From Vicugna vicugna (Eukaryota), in assembly GCA_013265495.1 (NCBI GenBank), contig MU060665.1:372001-436000 (forward strand): 64,000 nucleotides of DNA, in the 5' to 3' direction. Positions within the stretch are counted from its first letter, which is position 1; every line of letters starts with the position of its first letter. Position numbers and translations under genes: made by a program. Shown piece after piece: positions 10,350 to 22,477 of this stretch. The notes under the pieces are model-generated. The model was given only the letters and a program-made list of their open reading frames with translations. It did not search any database and was not told where the DNA came from.

Positions 10350-13300
10350 CTGCAGGGGGAACAGGCAGGCTGCAGGGTGAGAAGCCATCCCGGCGGAGTC
10401 CCACAGTCCCGGGGAGGGCAGGGGGCCAGGCTGAACTGGGCTGGACCCGTCTTTTGGGGATGTTCCAAAACTACTAGGAAAACATTCTGCCTAAGACTCA
10501 AACGCGGGCTCCTCCCTACCTTTACTCTGGGGCACCCCAGAAGGCGTGGGGGAGGGGTGGCAGAGGCTCTCAGTGGCCCTCTCCAGGCTGCAGGCTCCTG
10601 GGCTGACCCCTGACCACATGCCCACTGGGAGGAAGGCTGAGCACACGGTCCTCTGCTCAGGTGATCTGCTAGAGCGGCCGACTCACTGGCTAACTGGCCG
10701 GCTGGGCTAGGTGGGCAAATGGGCTTTCATTTGCATTCCATGGGCTGCCAGTGGGGACAAGGGAGCCCAGGGGCTTACAGCCGAGATCCAGATCTTGATG
10801 GGAACTCCCAACAGTCTCTGAGGAGCATGAAAAGCTACTCTGACAATAAGTCAACCCAAATCTGATTAGTATCAGCGCTTTAAAACCACAAGGACTCCAG
10901 GGAGGAGGACGGGTGCATGTGCACACGTGTGGGCAGGCACAAACACACCCGGGGTGGGGGGTGGGGGAGAGAGAGAGAGGGACACCTAGCAGAGCAGGTC
11001 TGATAAACCACCAAGAGGCAGGTCAGGAGGACAACAAGTAGACACTCGGAGGGAAAAGAGCAAAGAAAAACATTTTCGAGAAGAAGGGTGCTGGAGACAG
11101 GAATGATCACTAAACAGAAAAACCTGCCAGGGGACCCAGTCCTCTGAGAAAGCCATGGCGTACTCTTACCAAACCTCCAGGCTGTCCCCAAGCAGGAGAA
11201 GTGGCCGGAAGGAGCCCTGCGCTTTGATGTGCTCCCTCTCGGTCATTTACACGGGCCTCGGGGCTCTCAACCCAGATTTACAGCTTCAAGTCAGCGTTTC
11301 TCACTGACCTTCACCCACTGTCCTGACTTGGAAAGATGACACCCTTCAAGGCCACGGTGTCAGAAGGAAGGATGAATTAAGGGGCTCTGGACTATGGGGA
11401 GTCACCTTCTACCCAGAACAGGGAAACCCTGGTGACCGCACGCCACCCAGTGGCCAGTCGTGCCAGCTGCTTCGGTGAGGGAGCAGGGACACCCCGGCTC
11501 GGCCGCAGGGCAGTGCCACAGCTGACAGTTCCCCAAGGCTGAGTGGGCAGAGTGAGCTCTGTTACCCTCCAGGGTTTCTGTGCCCCACGCACGTCGTGGG
11601 TAAGGGCATGGGTTAGATGACACATGGGTGCACAACACAGCTCAGCCGCTCACTGGCTGGAGGACCTTGGACAAGGTGCTTTACCCCTCTGGGCCTCCAT
11701 TTCCCCTCTCTGTGACAGGGTAACGCTAGTTCCCACGCCCTGGAGTTTGCTCTGAGAAATACAGATAAGCTAAAACACAAAGGAGCACCTTGCAGAGTCT
11801 GACACCCTGTGAGAGCTCAAGAAATGCTAGCTGCTACTATCGTTACTACTCAGCAAGAAGCTACCCAAGCCAGGGGAGGCCGGAGTCCTCGCAGTCTCCG
11901 GGCTGTGCTGCGCAGCTCAAATAGAGCCCCCCCAGCCCGCGCCCCGGGCCTCTGCTCCTACGTGGTGTACGCCTCTGCCCCGAGGCCAGCCCGGTCCTCT
12001 TGGGCTTCTGGCGGGGAGCACGGCTTCACCCCCAACTCCCGTGGGCAGCTCAGCAGGACCACGGAGAGGGTGCCACTTAGGCCTCTGTCCCACTCAGACA
12101 TTTCCTGAGCCTCATTCTCTCCCCTCACACTGGCTGCAACGGCCTCACTGGGGGCCAGACCAAAACCAGCTTTGAGTCCAGCTGTGAGATGCAAACAGCA
12201 GGCAAGAAACAGCTCCCCTGGGGAGAGTCCTTCAGCATGGACTGGACTGGGGGCTGTGGGCCCCTCTCAGCACTCGGGGGCCCCTCATGTGGCAGGCAGG
12301 ACAACACACAGGACTGCTGGAGGCCTTTCCCCCTCTGATTCTCTGGGCTGGCCACCCCAGGCCCCAGCGACCTGGGGACCAAGCAGCTCTCAGGGACTCT
12401 GAGGAAAGGCTCTAATATCAGGCTGGGCTGAAGAGCAGGGCCCAGTCTGCGTGGGAGGGACGTCTGACTGCCTCAGACTCCACTGCACTCCACGGGCCGG
12501 GGCCTCAGTGTAACCACACGTGCGTGTGACTAAGCCAAGGGCGCCAGGGGCGGGGGGCTGGCAAGGGAAGGCCATAGGTCACCCCCAGAGGTAGCCCCAG
12601 CTGCCCACAGACCTGCACTGAGAAGGAGGAGCTCAGACCTGGCACCCAGGGCCAAGGGTGGCTGAGTCAGCACTCAGCCTCCGAAAGGGACCAGAGCCCG
12701 CATCTGACTCAGCAGTCCTGGGAAGCCAAAGCTTGGGCTTTAAGTAGGGCAGCGCTGGCAGTGGACCCGGAGCCAGAGGGTGGGAGGTGGCGGAAGCAGG
12801 TGCAGAGGGAAGAGGCAGTCCGCATCTCACCTTCAGACACGAGGAAAGAGCGAGGCAGAGAAAGGGCACAGGCTCTAAACCTGGGACCTCAGGTCAAATC
12901 TGGGCACAACACCTCCTAACCAGAGGCCTAGGGCAGACCATTTGAGCAACCTGTGCCTCTTAACTGGGGTTAACACTTGCCACCCTGCATTGAGATTAAG
13001 AGGGTTAAATGCCTGACACATATCAGGTCCTCAGTAAGCAGGAGCTACACTTCCTGGAGTAGCCATGCTGGCAGGAAACTGCACAGGAATAAGGAAGGCA
13101 TGGCTAAGGCCAGGGAGCCAGGTCAGACTCCAGCCAGTGTTTGGGATGGAAAAGAGGAGACTCAGAAAAGCCTTCTTTCCTTCACTGTGAGGTCCATGGG
13201 TCCTGCTTTCCCAAGGACCACAGCAGGGAGTGAGAGACCACTCTCCAGACTCAGCCTGAGGTAGGGACTCAGGCAGGCAGAGCCACAGGCACTGAATTGG

Positions 13301-13594
13301 CTGGGAACATCCCCAGACAGGGAATACCTGGCCCTGTGTCCCACCCACCGTCCTGCACAGGGTGGGGTGGGGGGAGGGGGGTTGTCCCTGGAGGTGCAGG
13401 GCTGGGGTTGGGTGTGGCTGAGGCTGCAGGGTAGCAGCCCGTGGTGGACTGGTACAGCTACGGGTCCAGACGTCCAGCCAGACCACCAGCCCCTGACGGA
13501 AGAGTTGGGCTGAATCCTCCAGGCGCCTGCTTGCAGGGATGTGCACTGACCCTGGGTGGAGCTGCCGGACAAAGGAGGCCAGGGCCCTGCTCAC

Positions 13595-13724
13595 CTGTGC
13601 CAGCACTGCCATGAACTTTTTCAGGGCCACCAGGCGTTGCCCCTCCAGGATGGAGAACTTGCCCACTTCTACCCGGAGGATGTAGTGCAGGGCAGATTCC
13701 AGGTCAGCCATGTAGATCTTAGAG
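13595..13724 (-). CDS. QSOX1: QSOX1 exon 8
   Basis: ctcag|C TCT...SKIYMADLESALHYILRVEVGKFSILEGQRLVALKKFMAVLAQ; donor CAG|GTGAGC; 130 nt. Confidence 0.97.
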
Positions 13725-13839
13725 CTGAGGACCCAGAGGGAGCCAGAGAGAGAAAAGGGTATTAACCACAGGGCAAGGGCTGGGAAGGTGCACTCAGGGC
13801 CGAAGGAGAGAAGAGGAGGCACTACTGATGGTCACAGAG

Positions 13840-14030
13840 TCCTGTAAGTTAGCACTTGACTCGGACGGTAGCTAGCTGTGTGACCTCGGGTGAATTATTT
13901 AACTTCTCTGAGCCTGAATTCCTCATCTATAAGATGGGGATAATAAATTGCTCACAGGTAGGCTGCTGAGAGAATTAAATGAAAGCACAAATGCGAAACT
14001 CTCAGCAGCTCCTGGTACAGAGTGAAGTTC
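13840..14030. mobile_element. MIR SINE (one of many in the introns, e.g. about 9900-10080, 11640-11830, 12890-13050, 17800-18250, 18700-19210, 23430-23620, 27330-27500)
   Basis: MIR core motif gctgtgtgacctcgggtgaattatttaacttctctgagcctgaattcctcatctataagatgggg. Confidence 0.75.
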
Positions 14031-15569
14031 CCCCTCCACAGGTCAGCCCCTCCCATCACTCACTAAAGCTGTTTTAATCAGGCCACTAGTGGAAGGTTCA
14101 GCTTCATTCTCTGTTCTGAACAAAGACCCCTAGGGACAGACAAGTAGACTAACAGGGGCACCCACACAACACGGTTCTGGAGAAGCTGGGCCTCTTGGAA
14201 AGGCCAAGGATTTGGCTGCCCACCAAGGATGGGCACAGGGTGCAGGGGGTGAGCAGAGCACGGTCCCTATTTATTTGGGGGCTGATCCCAGCCCTGATGG
14301 AAGGGTTGCAGGCTCCAAGCTCGCTGCTCCACCCCGTGCCCATCATGCTTGAGGGATCTGGGCTCGGGGCCCCGATGGGAATGGCTGCTCCTCTACTCCT
14401 GCCTCCTGACACCTGGTGTGCGTTCTCACCTTGTTCTACAGTGGGCTTGCTCTGGGAGCTCAGCCAATTCAATCCACCCCTCCAGCCTCAGTGCCTCCCC
14501 TGAAAAATGAACCACTCACTCCTGCCCCACCTGCCTCCTGAGGTGGCAGGGAGCCAACAAGCAGCTAGGCAGTGAGCACTGTGGCCACCTGCCTTCACTC
14601 GCTGCCAAAGTCCCCTCTCTCCGCTCCACTTTTGTGTCCTTGGGCCTCAGTTTACCTCTCCGTTCCTGTGTTCTACCTCAAGAGCAGCCCTCTGAGTAAA
14701 GGAGAAATTGGACAAAGTACCCAGCAGAGCCTGGCATTTAAGGCTAGAAGTGTCAGCTAGCGTAGCAATTTGAATGACCTGAATAATCATAATGACCATT
14801 CCCACCTCTTGGCTTCTCTTTCCTTCTTACCTGATTTACTAAAAAACCTCATTAGCACTTTCCACTCTTAGAGTCCCTCATGCCAGGATGCAAAATCCTT
14901 CCCGAAACCAGATGGCCCAGCCCCCAATCCTCTTGTGCAGCCCCCTGATGGGGCCACCTTCTGGACTCAGCTCTGAGCTTCCTTGTCAGCCATGTCCACC
15001 TGGCATCCTTGTGTTTACAACTGTGCAGGAAGACATGGGCTACCTCAAGGAGTATAGTGAACTCCCCGACACCAGAGGCATTCAAGTGAGATCAGGTGTC
15101 TTCCGAAAAGCGATGCTGTGAAGGCCCTGCATCTGCCCTGCACAACTGATATTCACAGTGTCCAGCACATTGCAGCTCTTCAAAAGTATTTGAAGAAATA
15201 CGTGCTTGGTTGGGAAGTTGTTTGGAGGCTGCAGATTATCCTTCCAAGCTGATTCTACTTGCTTTTGAATAGAATTAAGCTTAAGGAATGTGGGCATCAG
15301 AAAGTATTCATTCCATCATGAAGGGTACAGTTGGCAGACATTGGGGACACTGCCAGTGGACACTGCTGCTCCCACTGTATCTAAGACTCTCCTGTGTGTG
15401 GCTGGCAGCCGGGGGCCCCTAAAGTCCAAGACCAGCACTCAAGCGTCTGGGCTCAGGGTGGCATGTGCCAACTCATGACAAGGAACGGAGTGTGTGAGGA
15501 AGGGGAGGTCTGTGATCAGAGGAGGGGCTGGGGAGGGTAAGGGAGGAGGAGGACCAGGTGCCGCCTTAC

Positions 15570-15704
15570 CGATCTGCAACTTTCCACACGGTGGGAGCTA
15601 CCGTACTAGTGGTGGTTGGTGCAGTCGTGGTTCGCACAGCCTCCCGGGTGCCCCTGGACAACCTCTGCAGGTAAGCGGTGTAGAAGGGCCTGGATTCCAC
15701 AAGT
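15570..15704 (-). CDS. QSOX1: QSOX1 exon 7
   Basis: gacag|A CTT...LVESRPFYTAYLQRLSRGTREAVRTTTAPTTTSTVAPTVWKVAD; donor TCG|GTAAGG; 135 nt. Confidence 0.96.
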
Positions 15705-16539
15705 CTGTCAGGGAAGGGAACAGTGGAGGAGCGGCAGTGAGCATGGAGAAACAAAACCTCAGAGCTAACTCACGTCATGAGAGAAAGCAGGTGGCTCATC
15801 TGATGAAAATGTTTATTTGAACTTGGTTCGGTCCTATGCTGGGTGAGGTCAAAATCGGGGCACCCCTGCCTCATGTTAATCCTTCTGTTCACTGCTCATG
15901 CTGTGGGAAGCCTCCCTGATGACAGACTGAAGTCAAAATCCCTCCTGGGAAAGAGGCTGGGCCCGTGAATTCCTCAGCCTGCCCCGGAGAGGCAGTGGGA
16001 CAGGGCACCTTCAGGAACAGGTGGGCCCTCTGGGGACAATGGGACTTCTGCCCGAGGACTGGATGATGGGTGTAGCGACCCTTCCTGGAGACCAGAGGTG
16101 CAAAGTGGCAGGGCGCCTCCAAGAAGCTCGCAAGCTTGCTCCAAGGTACCATAGGTGACATCACTCCCCAGGACAGTCAAGGAAGGTTGATACGCAAGTT
16201 TAAAAAACAGATAGCAATGACAACACCCCAAAGCCACTAAAATCCTCAAATTCGTTATAATCCTTTTGATTTTGTTCTCTGTTCTGATAGAGAGGAGTCC
16301 TCAAGGGCCAGAGCCGCCTCCTGGTCAGGGCCACCGGAGGGCGGGCTGTGAAGCCCAGCAGCGCGACAGGACACCTGGGGGAGCTGGCATCGGGAAGCAC
16401 TGCTCTCCCCTCCGCCGTCCAGGCCCCATGTCTATCCATGAGCAGATGGCTCCCAAGTGCGTCGTCACAATCAATTTTCCCCTCCACCAACTCCAAGTGA
16501 GGAAACAATGCCTCCCCTCCCTGTCCCTGCAGCCAGCTC

Positions 16540-16830
16540 GCTTCTGTCCCCAGCAGGACTCCCCCAGACAGGGCCTGGCCCCGTGCCGCAGGGTGACGGG
16601 GGCCGGCGAGGGCGAGCGGCCGCGAGGCCCGGCCCGGGTGCAGGAGGGCGCTAATGGCCCTGCGGGGCGGCTCCCGGACATCCCGGGCCAGCCTTGGTCT
16701 CTCCCGCCCGCACGCAGGGCCCGGCGGACGTCAATCACCTGCCCGGGGAGGGCACCGAGGCACCATCTGGTGCCATTTAACGGGCCATTCAGCAGCGGGA
16801 GCCTGACAGGGGCTGCGGCTGGCCTGATTG
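16540..16830. promoter_or_regulatory. Small intragenic CpG-rich island in intron 6
   Basis: Abrupt local CpG enrichment (includes GCGGCCGC at 16616-16623) in otherwise CpG-poor intron. Confidence 0.6.
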
Positions 16831-17260
16831 TTTTCTCTTGGCATTTTGGAACTGGCTATTGTCTGGCTCCTAATGAACTTTTCTGCAATTAGAAAACCAA
16901 AGGGAGGGAGGGTCAGGCATATCTGAGTGCTTGCCAGGCCAGCAGCCTGCCAGCGAGTCCGTCTGTGAGGAGACGAGGATGGGGGAAGAGAGCCAGGGCC
17001 GCGGTGGGGATGGCGCAGAAGCGCCGGGACCCGAAGTGCAGGAGCCGGGTAGGGATGGGGGGCGGCGTCCTGGGCCCCGCCTCCCGGCTGCAGAGGCCCT
17101 GCCCACCCCCGCAGGCAGACATCCGCTTCTCCTGCAGAGGGCGCTCCTTGCCAGCCCATGGACTCCTCGGGTGACTTGTATGAAAGGCTGGCAGCCTCTC
17201 CAGGTAGGAAGAAAGGAGGAACAGCAGGTAGAGGGGAGAGGGAGGCAGAGAGACACTCAC

Positions 17261-17406
17261 ACGGGGATCCGGGAGTAAGAGCCGTTCCGAAACAGCAGGT
17301 AGCAAGATGGGAAGTCGGTGACACCAAACTTGTTCACCACGGCACGCTCTGTGTTCAGGACCCTGCGCACCGCTATGCCTTGGCGCTGGGACAGGTCCAG
17401 AGTCAC
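17261..17406 (-). CDS. QSOX1: QSOX1 exon 6
   Basis: ctgcag|VTLDLSQRQGIAVRRVLNTERAVVNKFGVTDFPSCYLLFRNGSYSRIP; donor CGT|GTGAGT; 146 nt; NGS sequon retained. Confidence 0.97.
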
Positions 17407-19413
17407 CTGCAGAGACAGTAGGGCATCTGGAGCGGGACAAGCCATTGGGCAGAGGGAGTCCCAGGCAGGCACCTGGGTGCCGCTGTGCTCTATTCAGGCT
17501 CTAAACCTTTCAAAGAGTAGACAGACTCTTGTAATGAATGTCTCCTGCCACCAACGGCATCTACCCCATGGTAGGAGAGCACCCACTGCCTACTTGAAAC
17601 TGTGCAGACCACACATCTTGGATCTTCTAGGACAGTCCCGATTTAATATAATTTTATTTCCAATGAAAACAATTTGTAAAAGGCATAACAAAATGTGATT
17701 TCATTTTTGTTCTTTTATCTGTAAGGCTTTCTATCCATAATACAAACCAGAAAAACATAGATATGATGATTTTATTTTTAGGAGGAATTAAGAAGGAGAA
17801 ATATAATATTAGCTAGTACTTATTGAGTATGTATTATATTCTGTATATAGATTGCCTCGTTTAATCTTCAAAATAGCACTTACTATGAACTAGGGACAGT
17901 TACTAGGAGATCAAACGAGGTGGCAGTGTATACCATGGCTGCTTGGGTGTGAATCCTGGCCCCACCAGACTAAACCTCTCCCGGCCTGGATTCCCTTACT
18001 TGAAAAATTGTAATAATAACAACACCAATCTCTAGGGGGCTGTTAAGAGGATTGAATGGGTTAATTTTATCCAAGTGCTTCTAACAATGACTAGCAAATA
18101 GTAAATATGTAAGTATTTGTTTAAAAAAATAAAATTCCTACTGTACACTAGACACAAAACCTGAGGCTTAGCAGTGAAATCGTGAGACTAGGTCACACAG
18201 GTATCAAGTGCCTGAGCTGGGCTATAAATCCCAGTTCCATCTGCCTCCAGAGCCGGGGCTTTTAGCCACTGGGCCCTCCAGCCTCTCCAATTACCCATTT
18301 GCTTGGACACGGGGCCCCTGCCCCTGGTTACCAGGGGACTTGGGGGAGGGCAGGGGGAAGAGTTGATTCTAATGAACATTTATTAATTACCTCTGTTGAC
18401 AGGCTTGACCCCAGGCCTGGAATGGGACCCCAGAAGGTCAGGGTCAGGCACTCCTTCAGCAAAGCTCCCCACCCTCTCCCACCACCACGCTTCCCCTCTT
18501 GGGGCTGAGAGGTCTGGAGACAGCTCAGAGGGCTCAGCTGTGCTTGGTGAGTTTCAGGAGGAAAACCATTCATGGCCAATAGCGGCGTTTCATTTCATCC
18601 CCACTCTATCTCCTTGCACTGTCTTGGAATGCCTCCCAGGCACTGGCCCATGCCATCTCTGTCTGCATCTGGGAGAAGCCCAGTACCATGAGGCAGTGAT
18701 GGAATGGCAGTCTCCCTACATTAGACTGAGGATGGATCTTTATAAAGCACCTACTCTGTGCCAGCTGCTCAGCCAGGTTCTTCCCCTAAACTGCCTCATC
18801 TAGCATTTCCAAAATTGCTCTGAAGAAAGGTGATAATCACCATTTCATAGGGAAATGAGGCTCAGAAACGTTAAGCAGCATGATCACAGACATTTCTCCT
18901 AAGTGACGGAGTGGAGATTCCAACCTGCCTGGTTTGTTCTCTGCTTCACCTGGTGAGGGACCCCATTTCCTCATGAGGGACCGGATGCTCTCTGATGCTC
19001 CCTCCCCGCCAAATTTTTTCACTCCAATTCTGCAGGGTTGGGGCAGTGTGGAAACAACATGGGCTTTGGAGGGAGGGAGACCTGGTTTGAAGTCCTGCTC
19101 TATCAATTCACTGGCTGCATGATCTTCGACCTGTTATTTGACTACCTTCATTACATGTAAAATTAGCAACTACATGTGCCAGTAATCTCGTGCAATGCTC
19201 AATAAACAGCAGCTGTTACCATATTCAATTTCAATGAGGAAGATCCAAACAGAAAGGCTTTAGATAGAAAGGTCCAGTGCCTGCACTTCCCATTTCCCCC
19301 AGCAGGGGTCAGGCCAGTGCTGGGCTAAGAGGAGCACAGGAACAGCCCCGCTCTTGAACTCACTGGGCTCTCTCCCAATAGCTGCAGTTGCCGGAACCCT
19401 GTGAGCAGCTCAC

Positions 19414-19504
19414 CTCTCTACCCACGTAGGAGCCTTCCTTTTCAAAGATCAGGGCCAGGTACTCTTCACTGTTTCTTGTAAAGAATCCAGTAATCTCCTC
19501 CAGC
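19414..19504 (-). CDS. QSOX1: QSOX1 exon 5
   Basis: ttgcag|G...LEEITGFFTRNSEEYLALIFEKEGSYVGRE; donor GAG|GTGAGC; 91 nt. Confidence 0.96.
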
Positions 19505-21802
19505 CTGCAAGAGACGATGCTGGTGATCACTCTCCACAGCCCAGCCATGGGAATAAAGCAAACCTGCAGGTGACAGCAGACGTGGCTGACCCGCCACACA
19601 CATCTTCGCCTCTGTTTGCACACAAAGCTTCACAAAAGTCTCTTCATGCCAGGCCTCTGGCCAGAGTAAACCAGACTTTCACTCTCAAAAGACTCTGCCT
19701 GTTACCTACACTGGTTCTTCATTTCACCCACCTATTTGGGGGATTGTTTCAGAGCCAGCAGGGAGTGTAGGCGGCCTGGGGAGGGGACCTGGGAAGGCAT
19801 GCTCTGAAGCTGTCTCTATGCTCTGGGTAAGGCCCAGGCTTAGAGGGCAGTTTTCATTGGACCCCTAAGAGACTGGTGTTTACTACCAGCCAGGCACACG
19901 CTGTGATCTGTGCCAAGTCACTACCAGCTGGGAGGTCTGCTGTTTCCTCTCCTGGAGCAGGCATAAAAAAGGAATGAAAGGATCAGAAAGTCCTCAGGGC
20001 AGGAGATCTTAGAAGTCATTTAATCTACCCTCCTTATTTTAAGACGTGGAAACTTGGGCCCCAGGACAAAGGTGGAAATTAATAAGGTAAATGTTATTAC
20101 CCACCCCCAAATCAAAGAATTCAGATACAAGTGATTTTAAAAACCAAGAGTTTCAACAGAAAACAATTGCATAATCTAAAAATGATGTTTCCTTATTCCA
20201 ATTAAAAGCAGAACATCAGCAGACGTGTAATGGGACGTGGCATCTTCTTTTTATCCCCATCCTGATGACCCATGTCCCACCTCTGGATCCAATGACAAGG
20301 CAACAGTCACCTCCAAACAGAAGGCACAGCACAGGCCAATGAAGCCCAGCCCAGGGATCGCCAGTGAGGTGGGGGCCAGAGTGTACCCTAGTGGGTGGTG
20401 TCATGGATATCAACAGCTTCTGGGGTGGTAGTGGGTGGCCTCTCAACTTCACCAGCTCTCCCCTCGGAGGGCAGAAGAGCGAGCCCCATGAAGCAGCTGT
20501 CCCTGGAGCCCACCCCCGACCCCATCCACTCCCGCCCGGACTTCTTGGACAGGCATCCGCCTTTCATCACACAGCTCTGCCTCCACCCTGAAGCTCTTTA
20601 GAAGGACCACTTTGAGAGAAGATGGCAAGTTTACCTGCTTGGTTGCTTTTGAGATTCCCTCTGGGCTGAAAAGGCACCATGAGGGAGGTGTGGGTGTAGG
20701 AAAGAGAGAGACAGAGACAAGTTCATTGAGAAATGGAAGTAGTAAGGATCAGGGGACAGGCTGGCAGGGGTGTTTCCTGAGGGATGGGGTCTGGCTGTGG
20801 AGCTCCAAGCCGCACCAAGACTGTACACCAGGACCAGGGGCTCCGCGAGGCCCTCTGGGAGGATGGAGAATTGGGGAGGATGATAAAAGAATCATTGTGA
20901 GTTGGAACCAACTGCCACTTGGAAACAATCTCTCAGCAAGGCTATGGCTTTCAAGACACCAGCACACAAACTTATAGGGCCTTGAGCACCAGTGCCAGCC
21001 TTTCAGTACCTGGAACCCCTGCTGTGTTCTGTGGCTGGGCTCCCTCTAGGAGCCCCAGGTGGTATTTGGGTTTGTTCCTTCTTGGCCTCTTAAGGTGGGC
21101 TTTTCTCCTGCCCAGAATTCTTACCCAGAAGAGCAGGACCTCATGTCTTCAGTCTACCTGTCCCCTCTCTAGGAGAGTTAGGGCAAGAGACCGTGCACCT
21201 CATTGTCCTAATTGCCTAGAACAGAGGCAATCCTGGAAGCCTGCCTGGGAGGCAGACACAGATCATCAGCTGGGAGCAGAGTCACCTCCCCATCCCCCAG
21301 TCACAGCCACTGCTCAGGAAAGGGCCACCTTCACTTTACAGGGCTTTGTGCTCCTCAGCCTCCCATCCCCTTTCCTCTAAAGTGCATCTGGTCTCCCTTT
21401 CTCCTCTCCACGCCCACCCTTCTCAGTGACCCTTCCTGGGTGAGATCATGTGAAATCTTGCTGCACCCCCCCAAATGTACCTGAGCACAGGCTGTAAGCA
21501 GCAGCAGCAAGTGTGACCCAAGAAGCCCTGCCGTCCTCTCCTTCCCAGCCGGTGGGATGGGCCCTTGTACTCCCGACAGCCTCAGGAAGCTGGGGCTCCT
21601 CGGGTAGGACCTCCTACTCCAGCACCGGGAAGCCCTCCCCCAGCTGCTCCAAGCGGCCCCGGGGTCTGGCCCACTGGGACGTCTGCCACACAGGCAACAG
21701 GAAGAATCAACCTGGTCCCTGGCCCTGCTGTCCCCGCCGCCCTCTCTGGGTCAGGCCTGTGACCCTGCCACACTGCCCCAGGCCTGTCCCAACCCCCAGT
21801 AC

Positions 21803-21905
21803 CTGGCAGGCTCCAGTGGGGGACAGGCGGAGGGCCACGTGTCATTGTGGGACTCCAGGGCGTCAATGAGCCTCTCCCGCAGCGTCTGCACATCGGCACC
21901 GGCCA
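21803..21905 (-). CDS. QSOX1: QSOX1 exon 4
   Basis: cttccag|TGGCC...AGADVQTLRERLIDALESHNDTWPSACPPLEPA; donor CAG|GTACTG; 103 nt. Not picked out in the ORF track. Confidence 0.96.
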
Positions 21906-22431
21906 CTGGAAGGGAAGGTGGACACGGAGGGGTGTGAGGGGGGGAGAGCGAGCCCCAGCACTCTCGCCGGCTTCCCTCACAGAAGCAGCGGGCCCAGGGC
22001 GCGAGCTAGTCCTGGGCGGATCAGAGCAGTCAGTCCTCCTCTGCCCAAGGCAGGTGGGGGGGCGCGCCCCAGGGGCCCTAAGCACTGCAAGGGGACCCAT
22101 CCCTCAGGGCAGGAGACAGTCCCTCAGACCTGGGCCCCGAGGGCCCTCCCCACGCGCCCTGGCTGCCCCTGTGATGCCAGCCCCACTTTGACATGAACAG
22201 CTATTCCAGGAACACGGGACCCTCCTCCCTTCCCAGGACGGGTCCGAACGGAAGGGATTTTTCAGCCTTGTTTCCCCAGAGGCATCTGCCAGGCTGGCCG
22301 GGAAGGACACTTCTAGGAAAACAGATTCGGCTGTCACGTAGGGAACTCCTCACCCCACAAGAAACCCAGGTGAAAGAGGGAGAGGAAGATGCTGACGAGG
22401 CCAACGGGCCCACGTGAGCGGGGACACCCAC

Positions 22432-22477
22432 CTGACAGAGTAGCTCCTGAGCCGTCCTTGGAAAAGGCCTTAAAGAA
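22432..22477 (-). CDS. QSOX1: QSOX1 exon 3
   Basis: ccag|TTC...FFKAFSKDGSGATLS; donor CAG|GTGGGT; 46 nt. Confidence 0.95.

Noticed and set aside
13031-13594. Exon 8 frame stays open about 187 codons into intron 8
   Set aside because: Strong CAG|GTGAGC donor, low-complexity translation, runs into a MIR, and the product would lack the Erv domain. No support for a real isoform.
16266-17440. Several 130-208 aa overlapping ORFs on both strands
   Set aside because: By-product of the GC-rich intron 6 island; no recognisable domains or consistent splice structure.
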